Positions 58,556 to 64,000 of a stretch of DNA of 64,000 nucleotides are shown here, piece by piece. Each line of letters starts with the position of its first letter. Positions within the stretch are counted from its first letter, which is position 1. Source of the stretch: a virus; IMG/VR virus record IMGVR_UViG_3300025840_000015, positions 1-64,000 of that record; one strand, given 5' to 3'. A program made the position numbers and the translations under genes. Under the pieces are notes generated by a model that searched no databases, was not told the DNA's origin, and saw nothing but the letters and a program-made list of their open reading frames with translations.

Positions 58556-58739
58556 GAAGATTCTTAAGGTCTTGGATGGTGTGAGAGAGACCTGCCTTGC
58601 AGTATCCTACAGCATATGGGTAGGAACAGTCAAGATCACAGTCAGGTTTTGTTAGGTCTTGGGGACGTGCTGAGTATAGAACTTTTTGCATCCATTCCAG
58701 TTCCTGAATGATTTTTTCCAGTTTGGTTTTGTCGGTCAT
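58545..58739 (-). CDS. 64-aa hypothetical protein
   Basis: SYPYAVGYCK motif; palindrome and promoter upstream. Confidence 0.7.
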   Translation of the reverse strand: MTDKTKLEKIIQELEWMQKVLYSARPQDLTKPDCDLDCSYPYAVGYCKAGLSHTIQDLKNLHGI

Positions 58740-58818
58740 TGGAGTTGGGTTCCGAACAAACGAATCATCTCACGGATTCCGGAGGGATGCAACGTGCCAG
58801 TGGACAGTCTATAAAGTG

Positions 58819-58944
58819 TCACCTGCGATAGGGAGAACTCCACCATTTGCGGTATGCAGTGTAAAGAATCACTGCAGTCGAAACGATACCGACCAGACCC
58901 AGAACTGTCACAGGGTCGCCGGAGAAATCATAAGTGTCTGGCAT
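58819..58944 (-). CDS. 41-aa single-TM peptide
   Basis: MPDTYDFSGDPVTVLGLVGIVSTAVILYTAYRKWWSSPYRR. Confidence 0.6.
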   Translation of the reverse strand: MPDTYDFSGDPVTVLGLVGIVSTAVILYTAYRKWWSSPYRR

Positions 58945-58950
58945 AATGAA

Positions 58951-59103
58951 TCAAAAAAACGGATCAACTTCGCGAATTGTAACATCAACTTCCTCTCCAC
59001 CTTCAAGACCTAAAAGGTCTCTCCAGTCGAGTTTGTCAATGTCCAGATCATCATAACATGCAATGTCAAGTGTGACTGTGACTAAACGCTTTTGTGCTAG
59101 CAT
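58951..59103 (-). CDS. 50-aa acidic protein
   Basis: MLAQKRLVTVTLDIACYDDLDIDKLDWRDLLGLEGGEEVDVTIREVDPFF. Confidence 0.65.
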   Translation of the reverse strand: MLAQKRLVTVTLDIACYDDLDIDKLDWRDLLGLEGGEEVDVTIREVDPFF

Positions 59104-59133
59104 GTGTCTTATGAGTATTGTTGATGTATTGTA

Positions 59134-59301
59134 TCATGCATAATGCTTATATGCAAGATCCTGATAGTCATTGTCACACCTATCATAATCCTCATCATTG
59201 TCGTCATAAGACTCAAGACGAGAATAATGTTCGTAGTATGAGTCTTCGTCAAGACAATGATCATTGATGGTGATGTAGTCGAGATCGTAGTCGTCGTACA
59301 T
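59134..59301 (-). CDS. 55-aa Asp/Tyr-rich protein
   Basis: MYDDYDLDYITINDHCLDEDSYYEHYSRLESYDDNDEDYDRCDNDYQDLAYKHYA. Confidence 0.6.
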   Translation of the reverse strand: MYDDYDLDYITINDHCLDEDSYYEHYSRLESYDDNDEDYDRCDNDYQDLAYKHYA

Positions 59302-59533
59302 AACTCGTCGAGATTCTACTGTTTACTTGTGTATTGTAGCATGATTCTCGTCGAGATACAACTAATTGCCTGATATATTCTCGTCGAGATCTCATACCAT
59401 ATATGTATAAAAACGTCAAGGAATTGTGTGGATTTGCAAATTTTTATGTCTGGATGTGAAGATTTTTGCCGGGCGCTTGACATTTTCGGCGTCTTGTGAT
59501 AGTGCGCACGCCAAACTCACAAGACCTGGGCAC

Positions 59534-59635
59534 ATTACCATAAGATATAAGAGTTATTACCATAAGATACCAGGCACATTACCATAAGATATAAGAACCA
59601 TTATCATAAGATATAAAAGTTATTATCATAAGATA
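59534..59635 (+). repeat. Five direct repeats ATTAYCATAAGATA with an exact 22-bp period (iteron-like)
   Basis: Copies start at 59534, 59556, 59578, 59600, 59622; an AT-rich tract follows. Confidence 0.95.
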
Positions 59636-59774
59636 TAAGAGTTCAAAACCCTTTATTTATACAATTTAACTTCATTTTAATCTCTTATATCCTGATTTCA
59701 ACAAAAAATGCCCAAAAAAGCACTGTTACAATATAAATTACATACATACAATACAGTTAAACACTATTGCCCCA

Positions 59775-60479
59775 ATGTCAGGCGCCATTTACCTCATAAT
59801 CAACAAACAAAATGGACACAAATACATAGGAAAAACCACAGATTCAATAGATTCTGCCTGGAAAGAGCATATTATCCTATCAAATCGTATGGATAGGAAT
59901 CCACTACATCTTGCTCTTCGTAAGTATAAACCTCACATGTTTTTACTTAAACCAATAGAGGATGTAGATAATAATTTAGATGAAAGATATGATTATTGGT
60001 TAGATAGATATAATCCAGAATACAATTCTAACTCCTTTACTGATGAGAATACTGAAGTTAAAACAATTGAAGTAAAGAAAGAAATAGTTTCTACCCCCAA
60101 AAAGAAGTCTAAAAGACCAGAAAAAACCAAGGGATACACAATACAAGGTATGAATCTGGCAACTGGTGAGATTAGAACATGGGAATCTGCCAGGGAGGCA
60201 GCACGTGATATTACTGGTGATGCAAAGAAGAATTCAAATATATTACGATGTGCTCGTAATGGATATAAGTATTATGATCATGTATGGAAAATTATTGAAG
60301 ACTTTAGATTCAGAAAAGTGAAGGCGGTAAATAGAAAAACATGGCAGGAATTTCACTTTGACAATATAGCAGATGTATTTAAAAAGACCGGTGTTAAAAG
60401 AGATCCACGTTTAAAGAAAGTATTAGAAAGTAATGGTAGATTAACATGGAAAGGATATATGTGGTTCTATACGGAGTAA
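59775..60479 (+). CDS. GIY-YIG-family protein with two NUMOD1-like DNA-binding repeats, predicted catalytically inactive
   Basis: AIY-X10-YIG, WESAREAAR..I..C....Y...W and F.NIADV...L......GYMW; Ala28 and Tyr72 at the catalytic Arg and Glu positions. Confidence 0.85.
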   Translation: MSGAIYLIINKQNGHKYIGKTTDSIDSAWKEHIILSNRMDRNPLHLALRKYKPHMFLLKPIEDVDNNLDERYDYWLDRYNPEYNSNSFTDENTEVKTIEVKKEIVSTPKKKSKRPEKTKGYTIQGMNLATGEIRTWESAREAARDITGDAKKNSNILRCARNGYKYYDHVWKIIEDFRFRKVKAVNRKTWQEFHFDNIADVFKKTGVKRDPRLKKVLESNGRLTWKGYMWFYTE

Positions 60480-60483
60480 ACAA

Positions 60484-60654
60484 ATGAAACGCCCATTAAA
60501 CACATGTTTTGATTGCGACTATACATGGTATCCACGTGGTCATTATATAAGTAAACACTGTCCCCATTGTGGTTCTAATAACGTAGGCATACAATACATA
60601 CAAATAATCCCACTACTGTTAATAGTGGGACTACTGTTGTTTATTTTAATTTAA
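60484..60654 (+). CDS. 56-aa zinc-ribbon protein with C-terminal TM helix
   Basis: MKRPLNTCFDCDYTWYPRGHYISKHCPHCGSNNVGIQYIQIIPLLLIVGLLLFILI. Confidence 0.7.
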   Translation: MKRPLNTCFDCDYTWYPRGHYISKHCPHCGSNNVGIQYIQIIPLLLIVGLLLFILI

Positions 60655-60656
60655 TT

Positions 60657-60884
60657 TCAATCCTCGAACCTTTCGTTCCATTTACCATGAAACTTTTGCA
60701 TAATACCCTCAATCATTTTGTGCCTTTTGGAAAGATATGATTCTGGGTCCATGTTATGCAGTTCGGTGATATTACCAAATGAAAAGAACATAGAATCCAG
60801 TGTATGACACATGATCTCATTCATAATCTCATGTTCTTCAACAGTAAATGTGAGCGCAATGTCATGCTCTTTCATGGTCTTCAT
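60657..60884 (-). CDS. Hypothetical protein
   Basis: 75-aa ORF in a contiguous minus-strand run. Confidence 0.65.
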   Translation of the reverse strand: MKTMKEHDIALTFTVEEHEIMNEIMCHTLDSMFFSFGNITELHNMDPESYLSKRHKMIEGIMQKFHGKWNERFED

Positions 60885-61095
60885 GTTTAGATTTCCTTGA
60901 TTTTGTTTTAACTAATTGGTCAATTTGATTCCGATAACATAATACCAGAACATGATACTTTTGATGTATGGATGGATCCGGCATTGGCGTTGTTGAAACT
61001 TCTATCGTAATATATTCAGTTCCAACATGATAAACCCATCCCTCAATGTTTTGTTGTTCCCAGACAACATAATCATTTTCTTTTGGACTATACAT
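60862..61095 (-). CDS. Small SH3-like hypothetical protein
   Basis: Y.PK.NDYV.W...EGWVY.V..EYITIE. Confidence 0.7.
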   Translation of the reverse strand: MYSPKENDYVVWEQQNIEGWVYHVGTEYITIEVSTTPMPDPSIHQKYHVLVLCYRNQIDQLVKTKSRKSKHEDHERA

Positions 61096-61255
61096 CCCTC
61101 ACTGCACGTAGATAATTAGGATTAATTCCACGTCCAACATATTCTGACAATAGTGCATCACATCGTTCCCGTGTTAATTGTCTTGCAGATGGATCAATTA
61201 GTTCCCATCCATTCGTATAAAGTTCTTCAATACGATAAAGAATTGTTTCAGTCAT
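61088..61255 (-). CDS. 55-aa hypothetical protein
   Basis: MTETILYRIEELYTNGWELIDPSARQLTRERCDALLSEYVGRGINPNYLRAVRDV. Confidence 0.7.
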   Translation of the reverse strand: MTETILYRIEELYTNGWELIDPSARQLTRERCDALLSEYVGRGINPNYLRAVRDV

Positions 61256-61482
61256 GTCGTAAACTCCGATACAATACCAGACTCATGATCACCATCCAAG
61301 GGATACACTAGAGCACTCTGAATACTTGGCATGATGTTATGCACATAGGTATCATCATAAGTATCTGACGACGAGAGAATATCAAATACCTCCGAATCGT
61401 TCTCTCCAATTACGGCAACAATACCGCCATATTCAGAACTTGGAAATGGAACCCAATAATCCACCAGATAGATGTTTTTCAT
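61252..61482 (-). CDS. Conserved hypothetical protein
   Basis: YLVDYWVPFPSSEYGG motif. Confidence 0.8.
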   Translation of the reverse strand: MKNIYLVDYWVPFPSSEYGGIVAVIGENDSEVFDILSSSDTYDDTYVHNIMPSIQSALVYPLDGDHESGIVSEFTT

Positions 61483-61530
61483 TAGTTCAGTTAAATTACC
61501 ATGTCAGTTTAGTTTAGTTTGTTTGATTTG

Positions 61531-61707
61531 TCAAATAATGAATTCGGACAAATAATAATCAACGGTGATCTCCAGTTTTTCCGCCTGGCGTTCATAGAAC
61601 ATCTTCATCTCTTGACGATCATGATAATCATCAATCTCCTGTTCGGCATGTTCCATGAAGTCCTGCCATGCACGAATGAACATTTCAATTTCCTTTTGTT
61701 CCATCAT
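61531..61707 (-). CDS. Small acidic hypothetical protein
   Basis: C-terminal ERQAEKLEITVDYYLSEFI; start trimmed to MMEQKE (approximate). Confidence 0.65.
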   Translation of the reverse strand: MMEQKEIEMFIRAWQDFMEHAEQEIDDYHDRQEMKMFYERQAEKLEITVDYYLSEFII

Positions 61708-62113
61708 TAAATTGTTTGTAAAGAACAGTTTCAAGTAGTGCCGCCTCTTTTTCATGTGGTTGATCCTCATATGAAAGATCCTCCACACTGACCAGATTAT
61801 AACACAATCTACCACGTCGGTAGGTCAGTTTACCATCAATCCATTGTGATACATGCACCATCTCATGTAACAATACCCGAACATAATCCTCGGCATCCAG
61901 ATAGGTCTGAATCTCAATTAGAAAATCTCTGGGATTCTTGGATTTGGCATCAACCACATCACAATAACCCCAGACATGTTCACGCTTTAATCCACGGTGC
62001 AATACATTAATCGTCACAAAATAATCGGGATAATAAGTTTCCAAATACCATGCAATTACATTCTCACATAGTTTCTTGGAATAACCATATCCCTCATGTA
62101 AAATTAATGTCAT
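61685..62113 (-). CDS. Zincin-like metallopeptidase
   Basis: LLHEMVHVSQ...Y..QPHEKEA. Confidence 0.8.
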   Translation of the reverse strand: MTLILHEGYGYSKKLCENVIAWYLETYYPDYFVTINVLHRGLKREHVWGYCDVVDAKSKNPRDFLIEIQTYLDAEDYVRVLLHEMVHVSQWIDGKLTYRRGRLCYNLVSVEDLSYEDQPHEKEAALLETVLYKQFNDGTKGN

Positions 62114-62205
62114 GTTAAAATGGCGAAAAACAATCGTGTCATCCAGTTCATGAAAATAAAGAAACTGGAAACAAACATAATCTTTTCAAGTCGTGATAAC
62201 ATCAT
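62110..62205 (-). CDS. 31-aa hydrophobic peptide
   Basis: MMLSRLEKIMFVSSFFIFMNWMTRLFFAILT, coupled to both neighbours. Confidence 0.5.
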   Translation of the reverse strand: MMLSRLEKIMFVSSFFIFMNWMTRLFFAILT

Positions 62206-62459
62206 TAGTAATAGTGCCTTCTACAGGGAACATTTTCATACCATGTTCTTACATAACCCGATCTCCATCTGTTACCGGGAATATATTCCTCCCGGCGGAC
62301 TCTCTTGGTGCAATGAACATGACGATGATGATGACGATGACGTGATCTGTGATCACTATCCTCCTCTACAAATGGTTCCCAAAATTGTTGCCATGTGATG
62401 GCATTTGCCGGGGAACATAAAAGAATACCCGAAATTGCCAGGACTAATAGTTTTTCCAT
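62205..62459 (-). CDS. Signal-peptide protein with a His/Arg-rich tract
   Basis: MEKLLVLAISGILLCSPANA-ITW, HRSRHRHHHRHVHC. Confidence 0.7.
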   Translation of the reverse strand: MEKLLVLAISGILLCSPANAITWQQFWEPFVEEDSDHRSRHRHHHRHVHCTKRVRREEYIPGNRWRSGYVRTWYENVPCRRHYY

Positions 62460-62554
62460 TTATCATCCAAATGATCTAAATGATTTAGTCTGGAACTGAA
62501 CAGTGAAAAACATGCCCATGCAACTCCAAGTGAAATGATCAGAAAATAGATCAT
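62444..62554 (-). CDS. 36-aa single-TM peptide
   Basis: MIYFLIISLGVAWACFSLFSSRLNHLDHLDDKWKNY. Confidence 0.5.
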   Translation of the reverse strand: MIYFLIISLGVAWACFSLFSSRLNHLDHLDDKWKNY

Positions 62555-62724
62555 GCGGCATCATCCATGTGATCATCAACCAGTGATGAATCAGGAAGAT
62601 TGTTGATCCGAGACTTCATTCGATTCATCTTGGAAATCTCCCATCCGTTCATTTCTGCATCATGCACCACACCATCCAATTGGCGGCGCTCGCTTTCCGT
62701 ATGATAATGACGATAATCGTTCAT
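62551..62724 (-). CDS. 57-aa hypothetical protein
   Basis: MNDYRHYHTESERRQLDGVVHDAEMNGWEISKMNRMKSRINNLPDSSLVDDHMDDAA; GAGGAG upstream. Confidence 0.6.
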   Translation of the reverse strand: MNDYRHYHTESERRQLDGVVHDAEMNGWEISKMNRMKSRINNLPDSSLVDDHMDDAA

Positions 62725-62761
62725 GATTCATCTCCTCAGATAACATGTTCATTATAACACA

Positions 62762-63253
62762 TCATTTCTGATAAAGGTATCCTCCAGACCAATCGGCATT
62801 TTCAAACAGATACTCACGATCTTCGATCAATCGCAAATCATAACGAACTCCCTTGGCAGGAGACTTCCATGATGCAGACTTATAAACTTCACCGGTCTTA
62901 CGATCCACAAAACAATGCACGGAACGTTGACCACCACCATCAATGAATACAATCTTGTGATATTTCTTACCGCTCACAATCTCATAATCAATGTCACATC
63001 CACCATTCTTCAGTTCAACAATCTTATTAAGATGATACTGATACGTGGCAGAATTAGGATCCTGCTCCGGTGCGGCAGCATTTAGAATAGAACGCTCGTG
63101 ACCACGAATTGCATAATCACGATAGTTATCCTTCAGGGCATCAATCAGCATCAGAGACCACTTACGAACATTCAGTTCAATGGTGTTCCTGGCATCCTGC
63201 TGGGATGCATATTCTGCGAAGGTTGGATTGGGAAGTGAGATCATGGTGATCAC
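62762..63253 (-). CDS. Conserved cyanophage-type hypothetical protein
   Basis: GKKYHKI...SVHCFVDRKTGEVYKSASWKSPAKGVRY...ADWSGGYLY; promoter TTGCCG-N18-TATAAT. Confidence 0.85.
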   Translation of the reverse strand: MITMISLPNPTFAEYASQQDARNTIELNVRKWSLMLIDALKDNYRDYAIRGHERSILNAAAPEQDPNSATYQYHLNKIVELKNGGCDIDYEIVSGKKYHKIVFIDGGGQRSVHCFVDRKTGEVYKSASWKSPAKGVRYDLRLIEDREYLFENADWSGGYLYQK

Positions 63254-63330
63254 CCTTGATTACCTCCATATTATAAGGACTCACAAGGCGCTTCGGCAAT
63301 GCCGTTGTGACAGTTCTTCATGTGGACACT

Positions 63331-63364
63331 AAAAAGCGCCCTGAAGAGTCTCAGAGCGCTTTTT
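63331..63364. terminator. Bidirectional-type intrinsic terminator
   Basis: AAAAAGCGCCCTGA-AGAGTC-TCAGAGCGCTTTTT. Confidence 0.7.
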
Positions 63365-63373
63365 GTGGAAGGA

Positions 63374-63520
63374 TTAGCGAGCATATCTACATTTTGGATT
63401 CTCCATCTGTTCGGCACAAATAGAATCATATGCATCCAACATCTTCATATCTCTATTTGAGAGAAATGAATTATACATCAAAATACCAATTACGGCAAGA
63501 AAAATGTAAGAGGTTTTCAT
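63374..63520 (-). CDS. 48-aa membrane-anchored peptide
   Basis: MKTSYIFLAVIGILMYNSFLSNRDMKMLDAYDSICAEQMENPKCRYAR. Confidence 0.65.
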   Translation of the reverse strand: MKTSYIFLAVIGILMYNSFLSNRDMKMLDAYDSICAEQMENPKCRYAR

Positions 63521-63522
63521 TT

Positions 63523-63681
63523 TCAATCAATGTCGGTGTAAAGAAACTTGTTATCTGGAAAAATACCCATTTCTTCGCATCGCACTTCATAGGCAATTCG
63601 CTTTAGCAACTGCAAATCATAATTTTCAATGCTTTTAATCATGGTGCGACGAATCTGGGCAGTTTGAGTGTCGTCTTTCAT
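63523..63681 (-). CDS. 52-aa hypothetical protein
   Basis: MKDDTQTAQIRRTMIKSIENYDLQLLKRIAYEVRCEEMGIFPDNKFLYTDID. Confidence 0.65.
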   Translation of the reverse strand: MKDDTQTAQIRRTMIKSIENYDLQLLKRIAYEVRCEEMGIFPDNKFLYTDID

Positions 63682-63684
63682 GGT

Positions 63685-63849
63685 TCAGAGAGATTCGATG
63701 ATGGCGCGACGTGCTTGCATCGCGGTAAATTGATTGGGGAAAGTTGCGATCTTGGTGAAATCGTCTCTCCAGTATAGTGCCCATTTGGAGGTTCCCAGCA
63801 TTGCTTGAACCTTGATGGGATTGTCGATTCCCAGTGGATAGGGTTTCAT
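63685..63849 (-). CDS. 54-aa hypothetical protein
   Basis: MKPYPLGIDNPIKVQAMLGTSKWALYWRDDFTKIATFPNQFTAMQARRAIIESL; GGAGG upstream. Confidence 0.65.
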   Translation of the reverse strand: MKPYPLGIDNPIKVQAMLGTSKWALYWRDDFTKIATFPNQFTAMQARRAIIESL

Positions 63850-64000
63850 GGGGTTGCCTCCCTTGATTTCCTAATAATACATGATCCATGCCATGCCACA
63901 ACCACCAATGGACCAGTCCAAAAACTGGCACAAAAAAAGGAAGACTCTCGCCTTCCTCTGATAATGATTTCAGTAAAGAATTACCGATTATGCAACTCTT

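Noticed and set aside
59534-59635. Repeat array as a mini-CRISPR
   Set aside because: Repeats are 14 bp and linkers 8 bp, partly repeated; far too short, and no cas gene is present.
52160-59700. tRNA genes in the GC-rich intergenic hairpins
   Set aside because: No cloverleaf with a T-loop GTTCRA and acceptor stem found by eye; tRNAscan would be decisive.
59775-60479. Active mobile homing endonuclease
   Set aside because: Both canonical catalytic positions are substituted, so it is reported as a probably inactive derivative.
63635-63931. 98-aa minus-strand ORF
   Set aside because: Crosses a promoter and palindrome; two shorter ORFs (63685-63849 with an SD, and 63523-63681) fit better.

Overview
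A 64 kb segment of a T4-like myovirus genome. The gene content and order point to a cyanophage: gp55, giant gp7 and VrlC-like proteins, speD, a GT2-like gene, and many small ORFs typical of cyanomyophages. Almost everything is on the minus strand. 1-9.7 kb holds recombination and transcription genes (HExxH peptidase, gp46, gp47, gp55, uvsW, uvsY, gp3). 9.7-50.4 kb is the AT-rich virion module (gp23-22-21-20-19-18-17, three inserted ORFs, gp16-15-14-13, VrlC-like, gp8, 4266-aa gp7, gp6, gp25), with T4 late promoters (TATAAATA). 50.4-52.2 kb holds speD, a glycosyltransferase and small ORFs. From about 52.2 kb the sequence turns abruptly more GC-rich and becomes an 'early-type' array of small ORFs with sigma70-like promoters. 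The most interesting signals are there: (i) a GIY-YIG/NUMOD1 protein lacking both canonical catalytic residues, next to five direct repeats with an exact 22-bp period; (ii) about 12 copies of a 24-bp palindrome about 30 bp upstream of -10 boxes; (iii) two paralogous structured non-coding elements transcribed divergently from those palindromes; (iv) a non-coding segment whose terminator hairpin is complementary to the shared 5' leader of early genes; (v) seven CTCG-W-CGAG palindromes and nested TATAAAGAATAA inverted repeats. The late module also carries a candidate NblA-like ORF and candidate protease-processed internal head polyproteins. Family assignments come from recognising motifs by eye; no database search was run.
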